From Podarcis muralis (Eukaryota): 64,000 nt of DNA. A program made the translations under genes and the position numbers. The notes under the pieces were generated by a model. The model ran no database searches, was not told the DNA's origin, and saw nothing but the letters and a program-made list of their open reading frames with translations. Where the stretch lies: assembly GCF_964188315.1 (NCBI RefSeq), contig NC_135671.1, positions 30,256,001 to 30,320,000 of the forward strand. Direction: 5' to 3'. Of this stretch, positions 47,189 through 60,794 are shown one piece after another (positions within the stretch are counted from its first letter, which is position 1; every line of letters begins with the position of its first letter).

Positions 47189-50071
47189 TGATGTAGAATC
47201 TGAAAATGAACTTTAAAGATGTTACAGATTGCAACAGTGCTCGTCAGCTGATGTTTAATACAGAAATACTGGGGGAGATGCTTGTTCATAAAATGATTGT
47301 TTTTTTTGTTTTTTCTTCTTTATTAAATTTATGTACTGCCCTTCAGCTGACTATCACAGGCCAGTTTACAACATAAAAACAGAAAATGCATAACGTGATC
47401 GTAAAAATGCAATAATAACAAATTAAAGAACAAGCCATTTGATGTGCCTTAAACATCACTCCATACAGCTGCCTGAGAAAAGGCCGCCTCCATTTGCCCA
47501 ATGGTAGAGCCGGCCTCAGTAGACAGAGCCTAGCACAACAGTTGAGCAACCAGCAACATAATTGTGTCACCCCTTAGACCAATTATTACATTCACTTGAC
47601 CAATAAGTCTACACTGCAGAGTTGAATGTCTGATATCTCCATTTCGAGGAATCCTGGGAATGTCTGCTCCCAAGTTAGTGAGGCCAGTTTACAAAACTGC
47701 ATTTTCCACAGAACTAAAATTGTAGCAATCAGACATCTTGGCATAGTTCATCACCATAGATTAAAATTCTGTATTCTTTTAATTGATGGAATTCCACTGT
47801 GAATGGATGTCTGGCTACAGCCCACAAACTGATGAAGGAGCACAGAGGCAAGTGAGCTGAAGAGTTTGAGGCTTCAAAATATTCCTGTCAATTGCAAAAT
47901 TAACAGCATTACAAGGCATAACTCTGAACAACACTAGAAAACTGAGGAGCATGCCTATCTTAAGCTGCCTTGTAAATAGTCATGCAGTCAGTGTCTATTC
48001 CAAATTGTAGCACCTCTCCAGAGTCTCAGGTTGCAGTCTTCACAAGTCCTGCTAAGCTACCTCATACCCCTTCCGGAAAATATTGGATATGGAGCGTTGT
48101 GCATGAAAAACAGTAACTCTGCCATTGAGTATGAATCTTGTGGCCAAGATAGAAAAGAGCCAGGTGCTTTGAAATTGTTCTTATATCCCTTCAAAGTGGC
48201 AAAGACAAGAGCATCGGAAGGGCTGAATGAATGAATTCAAATCAAAGCTGCAGAACCTCAAACCACAATAGACTTACAAGGAAGCACGATGGATGGTGAG
48301 CTCTTCCAAATGACACCAATGTGCCACAATATCCTTTTTATGATGTTTTTATTGAGCATGGAATGATGTAAACAAGTTTATAAATCCCATCAGATATTAT
48401 CTCTACGGTGTTTCAAAATGTAAAATAAATCAACCTTCTTATTATCAATGGGAGTTGTTAGAATCTACAAGTAATAATTAACAATACATATAATTTTATT
48501 GGGTGTATTTTTTTTTCTAAAGCTGTTGACTTCATCTCTATATCGATACATTTTTTTATATCTACTTGTTTTCCATTTTTTTATTTTATCATGATGAATA
48601 TTACAGATTGTTTCTGTGTAAAGCACAGTTAGGTCTTTATGATTAAGTGGTGTGTGAATATTGTTTGATAAATAAAAATAGCGTACAGGACAAATGGCTC
48701 TGGGGTAAGCCACACCCATCGTCATATAGGCAAGGAAATTTCATTCTACAAGTACAATGCTAGCACAACACCCAACATCTCACAAGGCACTGAAGACATC
48801 AGGGTTCAAGGAGATGAAACTGAACATTTTCACAGATTATATCTTACTGATGCTCCATAATCCAAGCTAAGCCCCTTTTCCTTTGCAGAGGAAACTAAAT
48901 GATTTCATGGCAGTATTTGCATTCTCAATGACTTCTGGACCCAGGTGTTCAATCTAATTTCTATTACCGTCTGTCAAACCTCAGCAATGGATCCAGATTT
49001 GGCATTGCTTTCTCTAGAAAGTAATACAACCCAACCATTGACCACTATCCTCTTGTACAGTGGTACCTCAGGTTACATACGCTTCAGGTTACAGAGTCCG
49101 CTAACCCAGAAATAGTGTATCAGGTTAAGAACTTTGCTTCAGGATGAAAACAGAAATCGTGCTCCGGTGGCGCACGATTAACCTGAGGTACCACCGTATT
49201 TATGTTCTAAGCAGCAGCTAAAATATCCATTGCTAGTCACTGGAAATCCAGATCCCCATCCCAAGATTGTTGGTTAAGGAAGGTTATGGGAAACTTCGCT
49301 CTCTGAACATCTAACATGCCAGAGAGGGCTTAGCGGCAGGGAGACAAAAACAGAATGTTTCTATTCCATTTGGTAGGTCTTTCCATCTTTTGGCAATGCT
49401 GAGCCTAACAAGCATCCCGTCCCATAGCCCAAATACACATATGGTGAAATTCTGTCAGTCACAGTTGATATTATATGGCAAACACCTGTCTTGGGAATCT
49501 ACATTTTGAGCTGCATTGCATTAACGGTCCCCCCCCCCCCATGGCTGTTGTTGGAATCATAGAATCAAAGATTTGGAAGGGACCCAAGGGTCACCATCGA
49601 CTGTGGGGAGGAAAGAAGGAGAAGAAGAGGAGTTTGGATTTGATATCCCACTTTATTACTCCCCTTCAGGAGTCTCAAAGCGGCTAACAATCTCCTTCCC
49701 TCCCTCCCTCATAACAAACACTGTGAGGTGAGTGGGACTGAGAGACTTCAGAGAAATGTGACTAGCTCAAGGTCACCCAGCAGCTGCATGTGGAGGAGCG
49801 GGGAAGCGAACCCGGTTCACAAGATTACAAATCCACCACTCTTAACCACTACACCACACTGCCTCTCTTAAAATACATACATAAAATAAATACAGGGCCT
49901 ACTACCTTACAAGGCCTTTCCAGCTGGCCTAGGGGGCGAGGCCCAGGCCCTCACACTTCCAGCTATAAAGGGACTCCTCTGGCAGAAACTGCCTTCTTGG
50001 CTGCTGAACCCACTATTGGTCTCATCAGCTCAATCTGCCAGAGCCTATCTTCGCATACGGGAGAATTCCTC

Positions 50072-50118
<47 letters not shown>

Positions 50119-51254
50119 AATTAATCCGGTAACTTCTTTCAATACTGCCTGCCATTCCCATTCTCACCAGATAACTGCTTGCTTGCTCTGCTGAGACTCT
50201 GTGCAGAAAAGGTGCTGAAAAATGGACACCATTCAAATTATTCCCTCCCAACCACACCATACAGTAGAATTGCACCCCTTCCACACTACTGGATCATGCT
50301 GGTAGTTGCTTCAGATATTGTATATTTTCTGAGAAAAGGAAAATCAGCCTGGCAGCTTCATTATTCTGGAATGCCAGCTGAAGGACCAAAACCTCCTGTG
50401 GTCCAATGCAGGAAAATCAGGGGGTGAGGGGTCCGCTCAGACATGATAGCACTGCAAATTACATATCAAATTACACATCTAATTAAGTAATGGGCAAATA
50501 AAATGTTATAGCCTTTCTTTTGGCATGTTTCTGAAAGTAATTAAAGCGTCAGGTTTAAATTATATAAATATGAATGCTGAGATAAATGCATATCAAAAAT
50601 TTGCAATGCTCCGTTTTATATACCATATATTGTTACGTCCTTGCCGACACGTTACAGAAAGCAAATGTCAGAACAAATCACATGAAAGCAAAAGAGCAGA
50701 AATTAAGTGTGTCTGGTTACATGAATTCCAACCTTTGAAAACTCAACATATATGATCCCCTCTTTAAAAATAGCCATTACTGCGGACAAGGAAGGGCAGA
50801 AATAATTATGTACCAAAGATAAGCGGAAATGGACACCGAACTGACCCCAACAAGAACAATTTTCACACTTCAGTCTCAGCACTATATGAGCTTGAAATAG
50901 TTCTGTGTGAATGTTTGGTAGTGAAAATGAGGGCTAGGATTTGGCAGAAAACAATAGTACCGGTAATTTTTAGAAACGTTTCCTTTGTTGCAGGGCTGAA
51001 TGATTACAGGTTCATGTATGCGAAATTTCCGAAAACCCAATTTATTTTCCAGTGATGCACTAAAGAGAAAATCAAAGTTGTTTGTAAATGCTAAAACAAG
51101 GCCACATTTTTCCAAATGAATATTCCATATACAGATGAATTTTTTAAAAGATGAGAAAAAGCTACAATACTATTTGAGGCATTCTTTGTCCATTAAACTA
51201 CAGATACAGTATTTGTTGGGTTTCATAATTCCTCTTCAAAGTGGATAACAATTT

Positions 51255-52199
51255 TCACATTCTTTGGGTGCAGGAGCTTTTGCCCAGCAATTTCTTAAGC
51301 GCTGTTTGGACATCTTTGTTTCTCAGACTGTACACTAAGGGGTTCAATAAGGGAGTCACCATTGTGTAAGAGACAGAAATAAAAGTGTCCTCATCTAGTG
51401 TGTATCTGGATTTGGGCCTTAAATAGATAATGGAAGCACAACCAAAGTGCACCACGACCACGATAAGATGGGAGGCACAAGTGGAAAAGGCTTTTAGTTT
51501 CCCAGCCGTTGTGGGGATTTTCAAGACAGTGTTAACAATTAAAAAGTAAGAGAGAAGGATGAACAGGAATGAGCAAAATACAACCAAAACACATAGAATG
51601 AAAATGACAATTTCTCCGATGTAGTTTCGGCCGCAGGCTAATTCAAGCAAAGGTGCCATATCGCAAAAAAATTGCTTAACTTTATTTGGCCCACAGAAAG
51701 GCAAGGTAAATATGATAATGGTCTCTGATGTAGAAAAAATAAATGCAAGTGATACTGAACAAGCCACCAGCTTGGTACAGAGTCTTTGATTCATCAGAAT
51801 CTGATAACGTAAAGGTTTGCATATGGAGACATATCGGTCATACCCCATCACTGCTAGAAGCATACAATCAGTGCACCCAAAGCCCAGGAAAATGCACATC
51901 TGAGTAGCACAGCCAATGAAGGAAATGGTCTTCTTTTCTCTTAGAAGATTTGCAAGCATATTGGGGATAATGACGAGTGAGTAGCAGATTTCTGAGAAGG
52001 AGAGGACGGAGAGGAAGAAGTACATGGGGATGTGGAGGTTGCGGTCAAGCCGTATCGCAGTGATGATGATTATATTTGCGAACAAAGTTAGCAGGTAAAT
52101 TAGAGAAAACACAAGAAACAAGGGAATCTGCAGTTCTGGGAAATTGGAAAACCCAGAAAGGATAAATTCTGTCACCACTGTTTGATTTTCTCTTGCCAT
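51255..52199 (-). CDS. Olfactory receptor 7, intact ORF, 314 aa, with motif substitutions
   Basis: OR motifs present; QFFCD instead of HFFCD; GKLKAF instead of GKRKAF. Confidence 0.95.
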   Translation of the reverse strand: MARENQTVVTEFILSGFSNFPELQIPLFLVFSLIYLLTLFANIIIITAIRLDRNLHIPMYFFLSVLSFSEICYSLVIIPNMLANLLREKKTISFIGCATQMCIFLGFGCTDCMLLAVMGYDRYVSICKPLRYQILMNQRLCTKLVACSVSLAFIFSTSETIIIFTLPFCGPNKVKQFFCDMAPLLELACGRNYIGEIVIFILCVLVVFCSFLFILLSYFLIVNTVLKIPTTAGKLKAFSTCASHLIVVVVHFGCASIIYLRPKSRYTLDEDTFISVSYTMVTPLLNPLVYSLRNKDVQTALKKLLGKSSCTQRM

Positions 52200-54486
52200 T
52201 GATGCAGCATCTGAAAATAAACTTTAAACGTATTACAGATTTCAACAGTGTTCATCAGCTGATGTTTAATATAAAAATACTGGGGGAGAGGCTTGTTCAT
52301 AAAATGATTATTTATTTTTTGTTCTTTATTAGATTTATGTACCGCCCTTCAGCTGACTATCACAGGCCACTTTACAACATAAAAACACAAAATGTATAAC
52401 AGGACTGAAAAAATGCAATATTAACAAATTAAAAAACAAGCCATTTGATGTGCCTTAAACATCACTCCATACAGCTGCCTGAGAAAAGGCCACCTCCATT
52501 TGCCCAATGGTAGAGCCGGCCTCAGTAGATAGAGCCTGGCACAACAGTTGAGCAACCAGCAACATAATTGTGTCACCCCATAGACATATTATTGCATTCA
52601 CTTGACCAACAAGTCTACACTGCAGAGTTGAATGTCTGATATCTCCCTTTCGAGGAATCCTGGGAATGTCTGCTCCCAAGTTAGTGAGGCATTAGAGCCA
52701 GTTTACAAAACTGCATTTTCCACAGAACTAAAATTTTACCAATCATACAACATCTTGGCATAGTTCATCACCATAGATTAAAATTCTGCATTCTTTTAAT
52801 TGATGTAATTCCACTGTGATTGAATGTCTGGCTACAGCCCACAAACTGATGAAGGAGCACAGATGCAAGTGAGCTGAAGAGTTTGAGGTTTCACAATATT
52901 CCTGTCAATTGAAAAATTAGCAGCATCACAAGGCATAACTCTGAACACCACTAGAATATTTTATTGAGGAGCATGCCTATCTTAAGCTGCCTTTTAAAGA
53001 GTCATGCAGTCAGTGTCTGTTCCAAATTGTAGCACCTCTGGAGCGTCTCAGGTTGCAGTCTGCACAAGTCCTGCTAAGCTACCTCATACCCCTTCCAGAA
53101 AATATTGGATATGGAGCGTTGTGCATGAAAAACAGTAACTCTGCCATTGAGTATGAATCTTGTGGCCAAGATAGAAAAGAGTCAGGTGCTTTGAAATTGT
53201 TCTTATATCCCTTCAAAGTGGCATAGACAAGAGCATCCGAAGGGCTGAATGAATGAATTCAAATCAAAGCTGCAGAACCTCAAACCACAATAGACTTACA
53301 AGGAAGCACGATGGATGTTGAGCTCTTCCAAATGACACCAACTTGCCACAATATCCTTTTTATGATGTTTTTATTGAGCATGGAATGATGTAAACAAGTT
53401 ATTGAATCCCACCAGATATTATCTCCACGGTGTTTCAAAACGTAAAATAAATCAACCATCTTATTATCAAAGGGAGTTGTTAAAAGCTACAAGTAATAAT
53501 TAACAATACATGTAATTTTATTGGGTGTATTTTTTCCTAAAACTGTTGACTTCATCTCTATAGCGATACATTTTATTATGTCTACTTGTTTTCAATTTTT
53601 TTATTTTATCATGATGAATATTACAGATTTTTTCTGTGTAAAGCGCAGTTAGGTCTCTCTGATTAAGTGGTGTGTGAATATTGTTTAATAAATAAAAATA
53701 GCATACAGGACAAATGGCTCTGGGGTAAGCCACACCCATTGTCAAAAAGGCAGGGAAAGTTCCATCTCACAAAACTTAACATCTCACAAGGGTACTGATG
53801 ACATCACGGTTCAAGGAGATGATCATAATCTGAATATTTTCACAGATTATATATTACCAATGCTCCACAATCCAAGCTAAGCCCCTTATCCTTTGCAGAG
53901 GATACTAAATAACTTCATGGCAGTATCTGCATTCTCAATGACTTCTGGACCCAGGTGTTCAATCTAATTTCTATTATTGTGGATTAAACCTTGACAATGG
54001 ATCCAGATTTGGCATTACTTTCTCTAGAAAGCAATACAACCCAACCATTCACCACTAACTTCTAGTATTTAATTTCTTAACGGCAGCTAAAATCTCCATT
54101 GCTAGTCACTGGAAATCGAGATCCCAATCCCAGTATTGTTGGTTTGGAAGGTTATGGGAAATTGCACTCTCTGAATACCTAACATGCCAGAGAGGATTTA
54201 GCCGCAGGGAGACAAAAACAGAATGTTTCTATTCCATTTGGTAGCTCTTTCTATCTTTTGGCAATGCTGAGCCTAACAAGCATCAACCGTCCCATAGCCC
54301 AAATAAACATATATAGAAGTTATGTCACTTCTCCATATGTTTAGTTGATATTATATGGTATTATATAGTTGATATTATATAGTAAACACCTGGCTTGGAC
54401 ACCTACGTTTTCAGCAGCATTGCATGAATGTTTCTTTTTTCCATTGCTGTTGTTGGAATCATAGAATCTTAGAGTTGTAAGGGACG

Positions 54487-54572
54487 TGTCATGAATGAGC
54501 CAGCTCCCAGTGAAGGAAGCACTTACGAAGAGAGAGGGTTAAATGGCAGACAAGAGGAGCCTCGGCCAGGGT
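54487..54572 (+). mobile_element. Truncated copy of the same LTR (deletion junction)
   Basis: First ~85 bp of the LTR joined directly to OR 3'-flank sequence. Confidence 0.75.
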
Positions 54573-54997
54573 ATGTACTGGTACCAGCCATTCAACAGGA
54601 ACAATTTTGACACTTCAGTCTCAGCACTATATGAGCTTGAAATAGTTCTGCGTGAATGATTGGTAGAGAAAATGAGGGCTAGGATTTGGGAGAAAACAAC
54701 AGTAATCTTTGGAAACATTTTCTTTGTTGCGGGGCTGAATGATTACAGGTTCATTTATGAGAAAATTCCCACAACCCGATTTATTTTCCAGTGATGCACT
54801 AAAGAGAAAATCAAAGTTGTCTGTAAATGCTAAAGCAAGGCCACATTTTGCCAAGTGAATATTTCATATACAAATGAATTTTTAAAGAGATGAGAAAAAG
54901 CTACAATACTATTTGAGGCGTTCTTTGTTCATTAAACAACAGATACAGTATTTGTTGGGTTTCATAATTCCTCTTCAAAGTGGATAATGTTTAATTT

Positions 54998-55942
54998 TCA
55001 CATTCTTTGGGTGCAGGAGCTTTTGCCCAGCGATTTCTTAAGCGCTATTTGGACATCTTTGTTTCTCAGGCTGTACACTAAGGGGTTCAACAATGGAGTC
55101 ACCATTGTGTAAGAGACAGAAATAAAAATAGTCTGATCTAGCGTGTAACTGTTTTCGGGCCCGAAATGGATAATGCCAGCACACCCAAAGTGCACCACGA
55201 CCACAATAAGATGGGAGGCACAAGTGGAAAAGGCTTTTCGCTTCCCAGCCGTTGTGGGGATTTTCAAGACAGTGTTTGCAATTAAAATGTATGAGAGAAG
55301 GATGAACAGGAATGCACAAATTATAACCAAAACACAAATAATGAAAATGACCATTTCACCTATGTAGTTTCGGCTGCAGGCTAATTCAAGCAAAGGTTCT
55401 ATTTCACAAAAGAAGTGCTTAACTTCATTTGGCCCACAGAAAGGCAAGGTAAATATGATTATAGTCTCTGAGGTGGAAAAAAGAAATCCAGTTGTTGCTG
55501 AACAAGCCACCAGTTTGGTGCAGAGTCTTTGATTCATCAAAATCTGATAACGTAAAGGTTTGCATATGGAGACATATCGGTCATACCCCATCACTGCTAG
55601 AAGAAAACAATTTGTGAATGCAAAGCCCAGGAAAATGTACATCTGAGTAGCACAGCCAATGAAGGAAATGGTCTTCTTTTCTCTTAGAAGATTTGCAAGC
55701 ATATTGGGGATAATGACAAGTGAGTAGCAGATTTCTGAGAAGGAGAGGATGGAGAGGAAGAAGTACATGGGGATGTGGAGGCTGCGGTTAAGACATATCG
55801 TAGTGATGATGATTATATTTGCCATCAAAGTTATCAGGTAAATTAGAGAGAACACCAGAAACAATGGAATCTGCAGTTCTGGGAAATTGGAAAATCCAGC
55901 AAGGATAAATTCTGTCACCATTGTATGATTTTCTCTTCCCAT
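54998..55942 (-). CDS. Olfactory receptor 8, intact, 314 aa
   Basis: OR motifs present; divergent HFFCEIEP and IIHFGPENS. Confidence 0.96.
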   Translation of the reverse strand: MGRENHTMVTEFILAGFSNFPELQIPLFLVFSLIYLITLMANIIIITTICLNRSLHIPMYFFLSILSFSEICYSLVIIPNMLANLLREKKTISFIGCATQMYIFLGFAFTNCFLLAVMGYDRYVSICKPLRYQILMNQRLCTKLVACSATTGFLFSTSETIIIFTLPFCGPNEVKHFFCEIEPLLELACSRNYIGEMVIFIICVLVIICAFLFILLSYILIANTVLKIPTTAGKRKAFSTCASHLIVVVVHFGCAGIIHFGPENSYTLDQTIFISVSYTMVTPLLNPLVYSLRNKDVQIALKKSLGKSSCTQRM

Positions 55943-57560
55943 TGATGCAGCACCTGAAAATAAACTTTAAAGGTGTTACAGATTGCAACAGTGCTCAACA
56001 GCTGACTTTTCGTATAAAAATACGGGGGGAATTACTTGTTCATAAAATTATTTTTTATTTTTCTTATTTATTAAATTTATGTCCTTCAGCTGAATATCAC
56101 AGGCCACTTTACAATATAAAAACAGAAAATGCATAACAGGACCGTAAAAATGCATAATGTGACAGTAGCAAATTAAAGAACAAATGATTTTATGACCTTT
56201 AAACATCACTCCATACAGCTGACTGAGAAAAGGCCGCCTCCATTTGCCCAATGGTAGAGCCGGCCTCAGTAGATAGAGCCTGGCACAACAATTGTGCAAC
56301 CAGCAAAATAGTTGTGTCACCCCATAGCCATATTATTACATTCACTTGACCAACACGTCTACACTGCAGAGTCTGATATCTCCCTTTCAAGGAATCCTGG
56401 GAATGTCTGCTCCCAAGTTAGCGAGGCGTTAGAGCCAGTTTACAAAACTGCATTTTCCACAGAACTAAAATTTTAGCAATCAGACAACATCTTGGCATAG
56501 TTCATCACCATAGATTAAAATTCTGTATTCCTTTAATTGATGTAATTCCACTGTGGATGAATGTCTGGCTACAGCCCACAAACTGATGAAGGAGCACAGA
56601 GGCAAGTGAGCTGAAGAGTTTGAGGCTTCACAATATTCCTGTCAATGGAAAAATTAGCAGCATCACAAGGCATAACTCTCAACACCACTAGAATATTTTA
56701 TTGTGGAGCATGCCTATCTTACCCTGCCTTTTAAAGAGTCATACAATTGGTGTCTATTCCAAATTGTAGCAGCTCTCCAGGGTCTCAGGTTGATGTCTTC
56801 ACTAGTCCTCCTAAGCTACCTCATACCCTTTTGGAAAAATATTGGATCTGGAGCCTTCTGTATGAAAAACAGTAACTCCGCCATTGAGTATGAATCTTGT
56901 GGCCAAGATAAAAAAGAGTCAGGTGCTTTGAAATTGTTCTTATATCCCTTCAAAGTGGCAAAGACAAGAGCATCGGAAGGGCTGAATGAATGAATTCAAA
57001 TCAAAGCTGCAGAACCTCAAACCACAATAGACTTACAAGGAAGCACGATGGATGTTGAGCTCTTCCAAATGACACCAACTTGCCACAATATCCTTTTTAT
57101 GATGTTTTTATTGAGCATGGAATTATGTAAACAAGTTTATAAATCCCACCAGATATTATCTCTACGGTGTTTCAAAACATAAAATCAATCAACCTTCTTA
57201 TTATCAATGGGAGTTGTTAGAATCTACAAGTAATAATTAACAATACATATAATTTTATTGGGTGTATTTTTTTTCTAAAGCTGTTGACTTCATCTCTATA
57301 TCGATACATTTTGTTACATCTACTTGTTTTCCATTTTTTTATTTTATCATGATGGATATTACAGATTGTTTCTGTGTAAAGCGCAGTTAGGTCTTTATGA
57401 TTAAGTGGTGTGTGAATCTTGTTTAATAAATAAAATTAGCGTACAGGACAAATGGCTCTGGGGTAAGTCACACCCATCGTCACATAGGCAGGGAAAGTTC
57501 CATCTACAAGTACAATGCTAGCACAACACCTAACATCTCACAAGGGTACTGAAGACATCA

Positions 57561-59052
57561 TGTAGCCTTATTAGACTTTACCGATTGGTTGGGTGAGCGT
57601 TGCTCCCGCAGAGGGAGGAAAGAGTCAAAAGACATTGAGGTTGGTTCGGAGGAAGAGTTCTTTATTTCTGCTCTCCGGAGCAGCAGAAAGGCACTTGCAT
57701 GGTCAGTTCACAGCAAGAGCACTTAAGGAACGGTTACACACAGCTTATATACCCTTTCTGGTCCCCTTGACCCCTCCCCAGGAATCCAGCCACGTCAGCT
57801 TATACACGTAAGTTGACATCCATGACCATAAACAGTTGTTCCTGTTCCTGTACTCTTGACCATAAAAGGATGTTCCTGTTCCTGTATTCCTTATCTTGGG
57901 GTAAGAAGGTCACTAACTCTAAGAGCACTCCTGGCGCCATCCCCGAGCGCGGGGGTGTCTTGCAAGGTCTGTGCGTCAGTGTGTCAGGATATTTACAACC
58001 CACAAGATAAGCCCCAGCTCTGCCCGTCCCGTCTCCACTTCGGAACTGACAAGGCCATCCATTAAGCGTCAGGTACTGATAAAGGAGAAGGCTTGCCTTA
58101 AGAGAGAATATTATGAAAATGATTTATAGGTGGTACATGACCCCAGTCAAGCTTGCAAAAATCTATCATTTGCCCAATAATAAATGCTGGAAATGTAATG
58201 AGACTGAAGGTACCTTTTATCACCTTTGGTGGACATGCCCGAGGATTAAGGCTTTCTGGGAAATGATTTATAATGAAATTAAGAAGGTCCTTAAATGTAC
58301 CTTTCATAAGAAACCAGAGGCCTTTCTCCTGGGCATGGTTGGCCAATTGGTGTCAAGGAAGGATAGGATGTTTTTTATGTATGCTACCACAGCAGCAAGG
58401 ATTCTCTTAGCAAAGTATTGGAAGACACAAGAACTACCCACGCTGGAAGAATGGCAGATGAAGGTGATTGACTACATGGGACTGGCTGAGATGACTGGCA
58501 GAATCCGTGACCAAGGAAAAGAGACGGTGGAAGAAGACTGGAAGAAGTACAAAGATTATCTTAAGAATTGTTATAAAATTAATGAGTGTTAAAATGTCAA
58601 GGGTATTGGAAAAATAGAATTACAGCTGTAAATGATTGGGTAAGAGAGATAAGATCAAAGAAAACGAACAAATGTGTTAATGAAGTGAGGGGTTGCTGAG
58701 AAAATTTTAAATAAGGGATGCAGAAAAGGGAGGCATGGGGAAGTCGGCGAAACAAGCTTAAGAAAAGGAGGTTATGAAATTATACGTGTTTATATGTTTT
58801 TTGTTTGTTGGTGTATTGTGAATTGTATTGTGTTTATTTTATGTTGGAAAATCAATAAAAATTTTATAAAAAAAAAAAAGATAAAGGAGAGGGCTTTGTT
58901 TATACAGCTGGGTTCCTGTTATACATGAGCTCAACTCCTCAAGTTAATGGATTTTAGCTAATGGACCCTTGGGGAAGGAAAAATGGGGATTTTGGGGCAT
59001 GTTGCAGACTGACTGCACAGTCAGGTTTAGGTTTGGGAAACCCATTCCTTCA
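57561..59052 (-). mobile_element. ERV-like solo LTR interrupted by an L1
   Basis: tgtagccttat...ccttca; flanks atca / atcc; empty site gaagacatcagggttcaagg in paralogs. Confidence 0.8.
58095..58879 (+). mobile_element. L1-clade LINE 3' fragment nested in the LTR
   Basis: 159-aa ORF2 C-terminus (CWKC...HLWWTC...YATTAARILLAKYWK); poly(A); 17-bp TSD gataaaggaga(a/g)ggctt. Confidence 0.92.
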
Positions 59053-59876
59053 ATCCGGGTTCAAGGAGATGAACATAAACTGAATATTTTCACAGATTAT
59101 ATATTACTGATGCTCGACAATCCAAGCTAAACTCCTTTACCTTTGCAGAGGATACTAAATGATTTCATGGCAGTGTCTGCATTCTCAATGACCTGTGGAC
59201 CCAAGTTCAATCTAATTCCTATTATTGTGGGTCAACCCTTGGCAATGGATCCAGATTTGGCGTTACTTTCTCTAGAAAGCAATACAAGCCAACCATTGAC
59301 CGCTATCCTCTTGTATTTATGTTCTAAGCAGCAGCTAAAATCTCCATTGCTAGTCACTGGAAATCCAGATTCCCATCCCGGGATTGTTGGTTTGGAAGGT
59401 TATGGGAAATTGCGCTCTCTGAACATCTAACATGCCAGAGAGGGCTTAGCAGCGGGGAGACAAAAACAGGCTGTTTCTATTCCATTTGGTAGCTCTTTCT
59501 ACCTTTTGCCAATGCTGAGTCAAACAAGCATCAACCGTCCCATAGCCCAAATAAACATATGGAGAAGTTTTGTCACTCACAGTTGATATTATATGGTAAA
59601 CAGCTGTCTTGGGAATCTACGCTTTGAGCAGCATTGCATGAATGGTTCTTTTTCCCCATTGTTGTTGTTGGAACCATAGAATCTTAGAATTGAAAAGGAC
59701 CCAAGGGTCACCATCGGCTGTGGTGAGGAGTGCAAGGCCTGCTCCCTTACAAAGCCTTTACCAGCTGGACTAGGGAGCCAGGCCCAGGCCCTCACACTTC
59801 CAGCTATAAAGAGACTCCTCTGGCAGAAACAGCCTTCTTCGCTTTTGGACCCACTATTGATCTCATTAGCTCAATC

Positions 59877-60263
59877 TAATTCATGTCTGGTTACTGTTGA
59901 ATGGTCACTTTAAAATGTGAAGGTTCATTATTGCTTCACAAGTTGTGTATGTCTTTAAGGGCCAGGGCCAGGGCAAATAACGAGACCCAGTCTTGCAGCT
60001 GTGAAACATAGCAGGTGCTGCTGAGTTGTGTTAATCAAGCTGTGTCAGCAATTGGGTATAGTATATAAGGAGCAGCACCTAGCTCTCCCATTACCCTGGG
60101 GGATGGGTCAGTGGTTGGGTCATGTTTGTTGTTATCTTTAGTGTAAAAGGAGTTTTTGTTTTTGTTATTAAAACCTTGTTTAAGTTATTTTTTGGTTCCC
60201 TTTTTAATGCATGGTCTCCGCAGCAAGCTCTCTGCAGCGCTACTAAACTGCAAATAGCCAGCA
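59877..60263 (+). mobile_element. LTR-like fragment replacing about 1 kb of unit sequence
   Basis: TATATAAGG, ATTAAA, ends in CA; not present in other units; no TSD. Confidence 0.45.
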
Positions 60264-60794
60264 GTTACATGAATTCCAACCTTTGAAAATGCAACATATA
60301 TGATCCCCTCTTTAAAAATAGCCATTACTGGGGACAAGGAAGGGCAGAAATAATTATGTACCAAAGATAAGCAGAAATGGACACCAAACTGACCCCAACA
60401 AGAACATTTTTGACACTTCAGTCTCACCATTTTATGAGCTTGAAATATTTCCGTGTGAATGATTGGTAGAGAAAATGTGGGCAAGGATTTGGGAGAAAAC
60501 AACAGTAATCTTTAGAAAAGTTTCCTTTGTTGCAGGGCAGAATGATTACAGGTTCATTTATGGGAAATTCTGACAACCCAATTTATTTTCCAGTGATGCA
60601 CTAAAGAGAAAATCAAAGTTGTTTGTAAATGCTAAAGCAAGGCCACATTTTTCCAAGTGAATATTCCATATACAGATGAATTTTTCAAAAGATGAGGGAA
60701 AGCTTCAATACTACTTGAGGCATTCTTTGTCCATTAAACAACAGATATTTATTGGGTTTCATAATTTCTCTTCAAAGTGGATAACGCTTAATTT

